Positions 47,501-59,396 of a DNA stretch of 64,000 bases are shown here, in pieces. The notes under the pieces were generated by a model. It did not search any database, had not been told where the DNA came from, and saw nothing but the letters and a program-made list of their open reading frames with translations. The DNA is from Oculina patagonica. Its lineage: Eukaryota. How positions within the stretch are numbered: the stretch's first letter is position 1; each line of letters starts with the position of its first letter. The DNA lies in contig NC_135762.1 of assembly GCF_052425735.1 (NCBI RefSeq), forward strand, positions 5,952,001 through 6,016,000, given 5' to 3'. The translations under genes and the position numbers were made by a program.

Positions 47501-50190
47501 GAACAACGTTATAAAGATATTATAATTTTGGATATTTTATAAAGTCTTAAGTGGTCAAAAGAAATCCCGAAGGCTTAATTTTATGCAACTAATCTCATGA
47601 AAATTGACACAGTGAACTAGTACACAATGCCTTTAAGAAGGGCAATGAATCACATAAAGGGAAAGTTAATGATTGAGTGAGAATAGTTTAGTCTGCATAT
47701 AGTTTTTGGAACAGCTTACTAAGGTCACTAACATATGGTCATATCACTATTTTGAACAAATGAAGAGCTATGTCATATTTGTATTGTAACTTTCAACTAA
47801 AACAACCACTGTCATATCTACTTACCACAATGTTAATGTATTCTGGGTATGGAAAATTTAAAACCCCAATAATAGCATTTTGATCATTGAAAGGACTTGA
47901 AATCCAAATCTTACAACCCTTACCTTAAGTAAGTTGCATTTTGTACGTGCATAACTGACAGTAATTTGGAATTTAGTGGCACAACAACTCTATACTTTCT
48001 ATAATCTTTAGTGTGTCTGAATTCAAAGGACATCACTATCAGCTGCACTAATTTTAAAAGTAAAATAAGACTGGTTTTAACAACATAGCTTTTCTTGTTT
48101 TATTTAACAGAAAATCATGCAAGAAGAAAGATCACATAATAGGATCCTGTTGGGTTCCCCGCAGTCTCTGTATGTGGAGTCTGTAACTGAGACGGATATA
48201 AAGATTTCTGTTAAACAACCTGTTGATGGTTGGATTGTTGGAGAGATCAAGCCAGAGGTAACTTCTTCATGTAGTGTCTGTTTCTGTACCCTAATTAATA
48301 GAAGAATTAATTTAATTCCATTATATCTGGCAAATAATGGGCTCCAAGTCTTTGGATTTTTACTGTCAGTTGGTCCAAAAATTAATTTATAATTATGCCT
48401 GTTACTTAGATAGGGAAATTACAACAAATGGCCATATAACTGACAAAACAAATTTTATACTGGGCAACTTAGTCCTTTTCCATTTTTGAGAATTTAAAAA
48501 AAAATTATAGCTCAGATCCTGTATACTGAAGGTACAAGGGAAAAGTCATTATTCAAATCAAATTGGTAATGCTTCACCCCTTAATCTTTTTTTCCAAAAT
48601 TTGAAAAAGAGACTACTAATACATGTATAATTATGAAGACTACTTGATAAGTTGCAGCAAAATAAACAGAGGCATCCAAAGAATTCTGTTGAGCTAAAAT
48701 TGGTTGTGTCACGATTGTGTTGTTTGTATTCTCACAGGTTATAACACACAAAAGTGTGAAGGAATCCTATCAAACCATACCAAGGACAGAGATACTGTTT
48801 AAACATGACAATGGTCGGAACAGAGACTTCCTTTGTATATTTGAAGTCAGCGCTGGAAATACAACCACAACTATTTGTGCGGTTACCTCAATCAAAGAGG
48901 TTTGTGTTACTTGATTTTCTATTAATCACTCAAGTACTTAATTTGATTTTAGTTGGTGCAGTGTGTGTTATATACCAAGCAGAATGTTACATTGTATACC
49001 ATAAGATTCAGGTCATTATAAGCCCCCCCCCCCCCACTTTATAAATCCTCCCAGTTATAAGCCCCCACCCCCAGACATAAGCCCCCATCCCCAGACATAA
49101 GCTCCCCTCTGCTGGACAGGGCTAAATGTTGCTTTACTATGACTTTCTAACTTAAAAACATATTTCGATCAACACTGCTGTGGCTTGTTTCAAAACGTTT
49201 TTTTTTTTATTCTGCTAATAAGACCCCCGCTCCCCCCGTCCCATTTATAAGCCCACCCAAAACACCTTACAGAGTTTTATAAGCCCAGGGCTTATAACCA
49301 GAATTTAACAGTATGGTGCACTTCGTCTGTAGTAAATCTCTGGTATTTGATTTATAGGATCCATTTAGGAGGTTTCAGGAGTGCAATCCAGGATTTAGCA
49401 ATGACAAGCACCGGCTGGTAACTGGAAGGAATCTGTGTGGTAAGTCCGTAGCATGTGCAGGGACATGACAAATAATACTATTATTAAAACTATTTTTGAC
49501 CTTCAGGCTTTTGCTAAATTTGTTTTCCCAAAAGAGGTTTGCCACACCCCCAGATCCACCACTGCAGTTACTCTTGCAGTGTAACCTAAGGTTGGTAGAG
49601 CTCTTCCCTTAGCCACCAGGTCATTTAAGAAAATGACACACCCAGCATGCACATTGACAACAATCATTTTTGGCTTACAGATCCTCTATGTATTTTATAA
49701 AACATTCTTAAAGTTATGATTGCTGCAAAAACCTTATAAATTAAGGAAATAAACTATTTTTTCACTCAACTGCATTGCCTATTGGTTTGTAAGACATCAC
49801 CATGTTTGTTTTATAACATGTAATTTATTATTGTTGTTTTGTTCTTAAGACCCCCTGATCACCGACCAAGAGAGATCATCACCTTGTCTGCATGATCTTC
49901 CAGAGGAGGTATTGCATGCTGTGTGCATGAAACTGGACATGCCACTTAAAGGTGTTGGCAACTGGCGACATGTTGCAGCAGACCTTGGTTTCCCAGAAGA
50001 GCAAATTCAGGTTTTCCGAAATGAGATGTTGACTCCTGATGGAAGTCCTTGTACTGTGATGTTGTATGCATTGAAGACTAGGTCACCGAATCTTACTGTA
50101 GTAGAGTTTGTGCAGATTCTTCAAACTCGAAAAATTAAGCGCTTTGATGTTGTAGATGTCCTTGAGCCTTATGTTTATGACCCAATTTAA
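44558..50190 (+). CDS. TNF-receptor-superfamily protein B: signal peptide, duplicated TNFR ectodomain, TM, ZU5, UPA, death domain (UNC5-like cytoplasmic region)
   Basis: Exons 44558-44599, 45018-46101, 46663-47222, 48111-48257, 48738-48899, 49358-49439, 49850-50190 in phase. Signal MAKLTVLLVLLTLFLSCACVYS; TM LIIAMSIIAIGCFTALTVMVFW; ZU5 LSPIIKFHP..PAQVKIPH; UPA KKRLQCAVF..LYIFDD; DD LD...GNWRHVAADLGF...SPCTVML...TVVEFVQIL..RFDVVDVL. Confidence 0.9.
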
Positions 50191-50918
50191 AACAGCAATG
50201 GCGCATAGTAAAATAGTATTAATAAATAAACATTACTACAGCTTAACGGTAAAGTACAAAAAAGAGATTTCAATTCATTATATATAACCTATCTGTATTA
50301 AAACAAATTTGTTCATGTTATGGCTCAGTTATGCTCCCTGTGGACTCAGTTTGTTTGGAAAGTAGGCTATAAAGCCTATCAGAAAACAGACCTAGATTTC
50401 AGATTTCAGATTTTTTATTATCACAAAATATTAAAATAAAGCCTAGCTTTTATTAACCGTGCTGGACAGCTGGCTCTTTATTTGCCAGATTGGAAGGCCA
50501 AACAATTTGTTTGCCAATGGAGAGACCGTAATTTGTATGGTGCACTCTACCTCTACAGACAGACTAGAAGCCCATGTTTTCCCTAAGCAAAGTCAACTAG
50601 GTGCAAATGACGCAAAGAAGCAGTTAGACATTAACTGTCTGGTTTAAAGAAACTTGTTTGACTATTGTGTGTTCTTGTGAGAGAATATTTGGTTAAAGAA
50701 TAAAATCTCCATTCCTTTGTCTTTATGCTCTGATAAAGATATAATAGCCACCTCATTTTTTCGATGAGGGGAGCCACAGAGGAGAACTGTACAAGCCATA
50801 TTAAAGGAGCAAATTGACATTCTATGATCTTTATCAAATTATAAAACATAGAAATGGAGGTTATTAATTCCTTTTATGAGAATGATACAGGACAAAAATG
50901 CAAAGTAGTGAGATTAAG

Positions 50919-51084
50919 CATACCTGCCAACTCTCCAGATTTTCCCGGGAGTCTCCAAGTTTTTCATCAAGTCTCCCGGCCTGATTTTCAGAGAGTATTC
51001 ATACATTGTTTTAAATGATATCCTTACAATGCAAAGATTTCTGGACATCTCCAGATTTTTGTACTCTGGGGGTTGGCAGGTATG
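50919..51084. mobile_element. hAT-like MITE
   Basis: TIR CATACCTGCCAAC / GTTGGCAGGTATG. Confidence 0.6.
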
Positions 51085-51336
51085 GATTAGGACATATTTT
51101 TATTTAATTGCATGCAAAAAACTAGTTCATGCGACTAACAGTAATGTCACATCTATCCCAGCTATGGTATTTCCATGAGAATTACTTTTGATATTATAGT
51201 TTATATGGGATTAATAAACATTACGTAGGTAATTTAATTAGGTCTTGCACAGACATATTAAAGTTTTATTAATGTTTTTACTTCTAAATAACCTGTAGAA
51301 ATGTTGAGCAATAAAAAAGCTGATCTTGTAATACAC

Positions 51337-52020
51337 TTACTTAATATTCTGAACTGCCTGCATGACATCATCCATATTTAGAAACTTTGCTGTATTTCCT
51401 TCTTCTTCTGCCATTATCTCCAGAGGTCTCAGCCAATCATCATGAAAAGTTTCCACGGCGCACTCAATTCGCATCACTGTCTCCAGTTGGTCAGAGAATA
51501 AATGTTCTGAAGTCATATTACAACTTGTCAATATCAATTCCACCTTGTGTTTGTATTCTCCTGTCAGAAACTTTGCATGAAACGATGGCACCTTTCTCAA
51601 AGCAACAACCTTGTTTACAATCCAATGCTTCGACAATTCCCCTTCGGCAATGACACGGTCAATCTTCTTGTTATTCCATGCACAAACCTCTCTGGTGTAT
51701 ATCTTATCAAGAGCTGTTTCACTTTCCATGCATGATAAAATAAAGAGCAACCCAGCCTTGTCCATGAAAGGGGTTGCTATGGTTACCTTAGCCCCTTCCC
51801 TATCCCATTTCTTCATTCTAAACTGTAGCAAATTTGCAATGACCTTTCCTGGACATAAGCCATCGTGAATTTCAGCCTCACTTAACTCTTTTCCTTCTTG
51901 AACTTCGGGACCTGCGCAACGATCACTGAATTTGGTACTTTTGTGGTCTTCAACAGACGATGTAGATTGACCTTTGACCTTTTTACTTTCATCAACTTCG
52001 CAAGAATCGCTTGCAGGCAT
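51337..52020 (-). CDS. Intronless phospholipase-D/nuclease superfamily protein (single HKD-type motif)
   Basis: VTIATPFMD strand motif and FHAKFLTGE...ELILTSCNMT match the HxK...(G/T)SxN catalytic pattern. Confidence 0.7.
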   Translation of the reverse strand: MPASDSCEVDESKKVKGQSTSSVEDHKSTKFSDRCAGPEVQEGKELSEAEIHDGLCPGKVIANLLQFRMKKWDREGAKVTIATPFMDKAGLLFILSCMESETALDKIYTREVCAWNNKKIDRVIAEGELSKHWIVNKVVALRKVPSFHAKFLTGEYKHKVELILTSCNMTSEHLFSDQLETVMRIECAVETFHDDWLRPLEIMAEEEGNTAKFLNMDDVMQAVQNIK

Positions 52021-52033
52021 TTCGCTTTTACTT

Positions 52034-52325
52034 TCACTCTTTAGCAGCTAACAAAGGGATAGGATTGTCGAGAACATGTTTCAACTTGTCTTTAAGCTCG
52101 CAAGACTTCTTGCCTTGTATAAGAAGGGATTTTTTAATTGCATACCAAGTGCAGGTGAACAGTTTGTTTGTAAATTTGTTGGGATTTCCCTCGCCAGTCG
52201 GTCGACTCCATGTTCCTGTGTAGCCCAGTGCTGAAAAGAATTTGCCGAGTTCTTGAACAGTTCCCTGTCCATTCAAAGTGACCCTCGCCTTTTGCGGACA
52301 ACCTTAGAAATTTGGAAGAATCCAT
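52034..52325 (-). pseudogene. Frameshifted N-terminal extension of the PLD-like ORF
   Basis: MDSSKFLRLSAKGEGHFEWTG joins TVQELGKFFSALGYTGTWSRP...CTWYAIKKSLLIQG after a +1 shift near 52263; a second +1 shift near 52040 would join it to the PLD ORF. Confidence 0.45.
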
Positions 52326-53592
52326 GAGCACATAGGCTAGTGCATTCTTTGCGTTCGCTTATCGTCTCGATCGCCTTGGAATTTTCCCGCCAATTGTCCC
52401 AGACAGTCAGATGCAGCTCATGTGATATGGTAATGAAACCTAATTGGATAAACTTGGGACACAAATAAAAGGCATTCTCTGATTGGGTAGATGGGAAAAT
52501 GACGTCAAAATTAACCAATCATACTCCAGGTACTATTTTGTAAACAGTAGCAAACAGAATAAAACCCGACCCATTCATAAAATCTACTGTCTTGCTTTTT
52601 TCGGTGAAGAAGTGAGTTTTTGTCGGTTAGATTTGACGTTAAACCTATTCGACACTTGCTTTCATCTCGTTTTTGGCCTACGAAGCTACGAGGAACTAAA
52701 CAATGCCAAATGGATGTCCTAGGAGCTTTGCTGTTAAAAACTTGTTTTTAGCCGGCGTTTGCTTCGTCGACATCTCATTCAGTAACCATGACGCAGTTAG
52801 AGAGAAGGGTAGGATTTTAACAGTTATCAGTTTGCTAGTATAGTTTCTTTCCGTAGCAAAAATTCCTTTTTTCAGCCTCTTTCGGAAATTTCGTTTGCGA
52901 ATTTTCTCCGAACGTTTGAATTCCTTAGGTGGATGACACAGGCTTCACGGCAACGCAACAGCCTCGGTTGCCGAATGTTCGCTGTGCTAGTACATTTAAT
53001 CTTAATCTTACGAGTAAGGTGAGTAGTTTTATACTAAATGTGCACCGCTTTTAACGGTATCTGTCTTTTGGTGGTTAGTGCTAATTTTGTGTTTTGAAAC
53101 CAGAGATTGTAAAAGTAGACGACGACACGTAGGCGTTTAATTCGAAAGAATGTGCTGCGTAATCATTGTTTGTGAATACAGCTCGTTTTACCGTATCCTC
53201 GCTAGAATTGTTGTGTTTATAGAAAGTCGAAGTGAAATTTCAATAATCCAAAGCCGTGAATGAAACTTAGTGAATTATGTTTTGTAGGGGCGATTGTAAC
53301 TTAAATCAAGCTTAAACATCGTACATTTGCCTGGCTGGTTGCTGCACTTGGAACTAATTGTGTTTTTTTGCCAATTTTGGCACCAAACTTTAAGTAATTT
53401 TTTATTTTGACGTTAGAGTTTGGTCTCTTCGCGAGAAGTAAACTTACTCTTAACGATACTTTGTACCAATATTTTTCATTAATAATACTGCTAATTAAAT
53501 ATACCTGTCTTTATCTGCCATAAAAACATCCTCGAAAGAGAACCGAAGTTTCCGCATAGCACTGCATCTCTAGTATTGCATCATATCAAGAT

Positions 53593-56500
53593 ATGACGTC
53601 ATTAGCGTGTTGTACATGTACAAGATTGACAGATACCTTGATAGAACAAAAAAAAATCAGTAATATGAATAAATATTTTGTTTTTCAAAAGAAAACAAAA
53701 CCAAAGTATGTTAATTTGGTAAACAATGAAATAAGTGATTTGGGAAACGCAAAAGTTAGTTTTGAAACAAAAATAAGGTTTAAAAAAGAAAATTTAAAGA
53801 CAGGTGCAACACAAGAGATGAATCATTTTTTTAAAGATAAACAACCGCATGTTTTTAGCGAACATAATAAACAACAGATAAAACAAGAGTATGATAAATA
53901 TATTGATATAATAAAGGGACAGATTGAGGCTTGGTCACAACGTGGCTCAGGGTGGGAGGTTGAAAGAATAATGGCTGCCTACTTAAATGTTGCAAGATAT
54001 CAGCCATTGCGCGGAGGAACTTACTTACCTCTTCCTGCCAAATTGGCAAAAAAGAAAGCAATTATTAACGTGCAAAACAGGGATAACGAATGTTTGAAGT
54101 GGGCTTTGAGAGCTGCTTTATTTCCACCAAGTGATGGGAAAAATCCACAAAGAACAAGCAAATACCCTGTTAACGACGGAATTAACTATGAAGGAATTGT
54201 CTTTCCTACACCTGTAAACCAGATTGACAAGCTTGAGGCGCAAAACAGCAACCTTGCGATAAATGTGTTCGGCTGAAGATACAATCGTGTGATTGTGCAC
54301 AGAATGAGCGAAAAAGAAAAAACCATTCCTCGTATTTCCCTTATTTTGATTGAGTCAGGAGAAATCCAGCACTACTGTTTTGTAAAAAAAGAAAGCGCTT
54401 TGCTTTACGATCAGAGCAAACATCAACATAAAAAACACTTTTGCATGATGTGCTTGACAGGTTTTACAAGAGAGGACTTGCTCGAGAACCACAAAAAATA
54501 TTGCAATGGTGTTAATGGCAGGCCGACAAGGATCGAGATGCCTGAAAAAGGTGAAAATTACCTTTATTTTCATAACTATAACAAACAGATGAAAGTTCCT
54601 TACGTAATTTATGCCGACTTTGAGGCATTGGTTAGAAAGATTCCTGGCTGCGAGCGTAGTCCAGAGAACAATCAAAAAAGCTACACAGAAAAGACAGAAA
54701 AGCATGAATCATGTGGTTTTGCTTACACAGTTGTAAGGAGTGACGGCAGAAGCACACGTCCATTTGTTTACAGGGGCAAAAATACTGTTGAAGTGTTTTT
54801 GAAGCATCTTTTAAATGAAGAGAAAAGAATACGAAGTAGTTTGAAAATACAAAAGCCACTTTTGATGACGGCCAAAGATTGGAAAGAACACAAAAACGCA
54901 ACAAGTTGCCACATTTGCAACAAAAGTTTGATAAGAGATTCCTTTTTAGACTCATTTCCTGTTTAAGACCATGACAAAGGTATTTATTGCGGCCAAAGCC
55001 ACAAATGTTGTTATTACGAGGCACTCAAAAAAATAAATTTTGTTGGGCCAAAAAGAGAAAGAAAAGAAAAAGACAAAATAGACCAATGGATTGCAAACAA
55101 TCAGGAAAAATGTTTGTTTTGCGCAGAACCTTTTACGAAGCAAAATTTCAAAGATTCTGTCAAAGATCATTGCCACATAACAGGTAAGTTTCGAGGATCT
55201 GCGCACAACGCATGTAATCTAAAATTGCGAATAAACCCAAAGACGGACCAAATACCAGTTGTTTTTCACAACCTGAGGGGCTATGATGCACACCATTTAA
55301 TGCAGGCGATGTCAAAGCTGCCGCTTGCATCAAAGAAAGAGGTGAAATGTGGTGCCAACAACATGGAGGTAAAATGTGTTGCCAACAACATGGAGAAATA
55401 CATTACATTTTCATTAGGTGGTTTGCGTTTTATTGACAGCTTAAACTTTCTTCAAGGAAGCCTGGATTCACTTGTAAGTGCGACACCAAAGGAGTCATTA
55501 AAAATAACAAAATCTCAAAAGTTTCTAAAATTTTGAACTTCTTTTCAAAAAGGGGATCTATCCTTACGAATACATGGACTCATGGGAAAGATTTAATGAG
55601 ACAAGTTTGCCTGAAAAAGAAAAGTTTTATAGCAAGCTTAACGATGAACACATAACTGACGAAGAATACGAGCATGCAAATAGTGTGTGGAAAACTTTTG
55701 GGTGTAAAACGCTTGGAGATTACCATGACCTTTATGTTGAAACGGATGTAACTCTTTTAGCTGATATTTTTGAGAACTTTCGCAATATATGTAAAGAAAA
55801 GTATGAGCTCGATCCAGCAAACTATTTTACTTCTCCTGGACTTTCTTGGGACGCACTATTGAAAAAGACAGGAGTACAGCTTGAGCTACTGACAGACTAC
55901 GACATGCATCTTTTTGTGGAAAGAGGAATAAGAGGAGGAATTTCCATGGTAAGCAAGAGATACGCAAAGGCAAACAATCCTTGTGTTGAAGGCTACGACC
56001 CAAGCAAGCCAAAAAAACACATAATGTACCTTGATGCGAACAACCTTTATGGATGGGCAATGAGCAAGCCACTGCCGAAAAGTGGTTTTAGATGGAAAAG
56101 AGTTATGCCAACAGAAAAAGAAATTATGAGAAAAAAGGAGTTTGAAAAAACTGGCTGGATTTTGGAAGTTGACCTCGAATACCCTGCAGAACTGCATAAA
56201 GAGCACAACAGCTACCCATTAGCACCAGAGAAAAAGAAAATAAATAAGGACTTGTTTTCACCCTACCAAAAAAAATTAATAAAAGACCTTGATTTGGATC
56301 CGCCTGACAGTGAAAAGCTCGTATTGACTCTTGAGGACAAAACTAATTATGTTGTGCATTATCGAAACTTGCAGTTTTATCTGAAACAAGGAATGAAGCT
56401 GAAAAAGGTGCACAGGGTGTTAGAGTTCGAACAAGAATGTTGGATGGAGCCTTACATCAGGATGAACACAGAATTCAGGAAAAAAGCGAAAAACGACTTT

Positions 56501-57307
56501 GAAAAGAACTTTTACAAGCTCATGAATAACTCAGTTTTCGGAAAAACAATGGAAAACCTGCGTAACCGTGTTGACATAAAAATAGTGCGAAGCGACGAAA
56601 ATAACAAAATAAGAAAACTAGTTGCTAGTCCATTATACTCAAGACACTTTCTGTTTTCAAACGATCTGGTCGGAATTGAAATGCGAAAAAGCTTGCTTTT
56701 TCTTAACAAGCCTGTCTACACTGGTATGACTATCCTTGACAACAGCAAGATACTGATGTATGATTTCTTTTACAACCATCTGAAAAAGATATACGGCTCG
56801 CGTTGCGAGCTATTGTATACAGACACAGACAGCCTTTTGGTAGAGATAGAAACAGAAGACGTTTACGAAGACATGAGGGTTGACAAAGAAAAATACGACA
56901 CAAGCGACTATCCCAAAGATCATCCACTTTTTTGTGAGAAAAACAAAAAGGTATTGGGAAAAATGAAAGACGAATGCGCAGGAAAGCCCATTGCAGAGTG
57001 TGTCTGTTTGAGGCCAAAAATGTATTCAATACTGACAGAAGACCAAAAAAAAATAAAGAAAGCAAAAGGAGTAAAAAAGTGTGTAGTAAAAAAGAAAATC
57101 TTGCACGAAAATTATTTAGAAACGCTTTTTGGAACAAAGCAGTTATGGCATGGAATGAACATACTTAGAAGCGAGGGTCATGAGATTTACGGAATGCATC
57201 TCAACAAAGTCTCGCTGTCGCCTTTTGACTCAAAGCGATGGATAGCGGATGATGGGATGCATACAAATGCTTACGGGTATAAGTTTTGCGAAACAAAGCC
57301 GACATAA
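53593..57307 (+). pseudogene. Protein-primed family B DNA polymerase with inserted endonuclease VII-like Zn domain; 2 nonsense codons and 1 frameshift
   Basis: Motifs GSGW, ExoI YADFEAL, DHCHITGKFRGSAHNACNL, ExoII FHNLRGYDAH, KGIYPYEY, YLDANNLYGWAM, KLMNNSVFGK, YTDTDS. In-frame stops at 54274-54276 and 54964-54966; frameshift near 55520-55535. Confidence 0.92.
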
Positions 57308-57316
57308 ACAGAACGT

Positions 57317-58310
57317 TTATAGCTTTTCTGGTGGTAACTGTGTATTTGGAGGAATAACAAGCAATTCTTCACGCACGAAGCCGCGCTTTGGACCATCGTG
57401 CAAGTAATAAAGCACTGGCTGATCAGGTTTAGTAACAGACCTTTCGAGGCTGTAGACTTTTAATGACCAAATCGGATCTGTTGCCCTTTTTACGCCGCCT
57501 TCTAGCTCGCCAGGTTGGTAGAGATAGCGCACATTAACGAGAGAGGGTATTTTTTTTTTCTTTCTGGCCAACAGGCCTTGTATATTTTGAGGACGGTTTG
57601 GACGAAATAGCCTTTTCTTTGATTGCAGCAGCAGGTTTTTTTCCAGTAAGACTGGTAACTTCGTTGTTCAGAGCGGTAACAACTTCGGGAAGCCTTTTTA
57701 CCCACGCTGTCGACCGCTGGCCAGATGGCAGGTTCATCTCGACACCGTACTGATAACCAAACAGGCGCCCTGCCAGTGTTTGATTAAAACGTTCAACAAT
57801 AGCTTGATCTCTGTGGATATTAACACGCCCGCGTCTAATATAGGTTTTGTGATTTTCCATTTCTTTGGTAACAGCTCCCATGAATTCGCGACCGGGGTCA
57901 ACTTGAAGCATCTGTGGCCATTTTAGTGCACTTCGCCTGTAAATTGTCTGAAAACCTTTTGCAACCTCAGTTGAATCTTTGGAGGTCAAAGGCTCGGCCT
58001 CTTTGAATCGGCTGGCAACGTCAACAACAGTCAGAGCGTATTTGTAAACTTTTCGCCCTCGCGGCAGTTTGTCGTGTGGCAGAAAAAGAAGGTCCGCCTG
58101 GTGGACCGCGTTAGGAGAAGAAACATCAAATTTTGGGCGAGGAACGTATCGTGGTGCCGGAAGGTAGATCTGCCAAAGGGCCTGCTTAACGAGCCACTTT
58201 TTAGCAGCATCTTCGGAAACCTTGGCCGCCTCGGCTAATTTTTTTATCGCTGCAATTCCCTTCCAGTAGCCCTGGGGGCTATAGTAGACTTTCGAGATCT
58301 TTGCATCCAT
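57317..58310 (-). CDS. Retroviral-type (rve) DDE integrase, frameshifted in an A10 run near 57550-57559
   Basis: HQADLL, LTVVDVASRF, QVDPGREF, IVERFNQTL. The C-terminal piece (57571-57317, RATDPIWS...FVREELL) continues in another frame. Confidence 0.88.
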
Positions 58311-58337
58311 GCGTATACAAGAAAAAAAAAGAAACGT

Positions 58338-58763
58338 TTAAAGAAACCGAAAGGCAGCGTACCCAAGAGCAAGAGCGCCAGCGCCAACAAACATCAGTTC
58401 ACCTTGTTTCTGCTGCTCGCTTGGCTGATAAAAATCAGAGAACTTGGGTTCTTTCGGAGGAATCATTTTTTTGTCAGGATGTGCCTGGTTGTAGAGTTTG
58501 AAAGCGTAGTCTGTGTTCGTGAAGTTTTGTTTCGCTTGCTCTTTTATCATTCCGTTGGTTTCGATCCAGTCGAGAAGCTTCGTGCGGTCGCGAGAGTACT
58601 TCGCGTAAGCTGCCTGGTAAGCCTCGAGAGCTTTGTCGTGTCTTTCTTTTTCTTTCAAAGCGGCGTCATCTCCGCCACCCAAAGCACGAGCAAGGTAGTT
58701 GCCGCCAATGAAAGCAGCAGCGTTTAAGATAGCTCCCCCAGCCATAATAGCGATGCTTGCCAT
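58338..58763 (-). CDS. Polinton small protein: hydrophobic Gly/Ala N-terminus, charged helix, hydrophobic C-terminus
   Basis: Intact 141-aa ORF with T-run/TATA-like upstream; function unknown. Confidence 0.7.
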   Translation of the reverse strand: MASIAIMAGGAILNAAAFIGGNYLARALGGGDDAALKEKERHDKALEAYQAAYAKYSRDRTKLLDWIETNGMIKEQAKQNFTNTDYAFKLYNQAHPDKKMIPPKEPKFSDFYQPSEQQKQGELMFVGAGALALGYAAFRFL

Positions 58764-58797
58764 TTTTGAACTTTTTTAATATATTATTAACATTTTT

Positions 58798-59016
58798 TTA
58801 ATTGTCAGGAATAATTTTTTTGTCTTCGAGGTACTGTTTGAGTGCAATGCTGCCTGCCATGACGGCTGTGAACTTTGCATAGTTCATAAAACTGCTGCTT
58901 GGGTCGGATGTAAAGTTTTCTTTAACAATTTTTTTGGCAGCCCAGCCAATTCCGGCTGCGAGGCCAGTAAGAGTGGCGGCATCCATTATCGTTTTAACGA
59001 GCTTGTTGTCGGACAT
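58798..59016 (-). CDS. Polinton small amphipathic protein (72 aa)
   Basis: Intact ORF with AATLTGLAAGIGWAAKKIV and FTAVMAGSIAL helices. Confidence 0.65.
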   Translation of the reverse strand: MSDNKLVKTIMDAATLTGLAAGIGWAAKKIVKENFTSDPSSSFMNYAKFTAVMAGSIALKQYLEDKKIIPDN

Positions 59017-59396
59017 GGCGTTTTGATATAAAATAAAAATAAATCTTTAAAGTAAAAACAATTTTATGAATTATTTTCAATCTCATCGAAGAGCTCTTTT
59101 AGTTTTGTTCATTGGAAGAATCTAAGACTCCATCAAGTAATCTTAATTATACTTTTTATGCGTTCTTTGCAAGCATAGAAGCCCTCAGCATATATTTTTC
59201 TTCTCTCTTTTTCTTTTTCTTTTTCTTGTCCTTCTCTTTCTTTTCTTTGTTTTTCAAAATTCGTGCCTCTCCCGTCAAAATAGAAAGGTAATAATACAAA
59301 TACTATCCAAAGAAAATACCGCTAATAAAAAAGGCAGCCTTTACTGAATCGATTTGGAAACCATTTTTATAATAAAGAAAAAAAAATCTTTAACAG

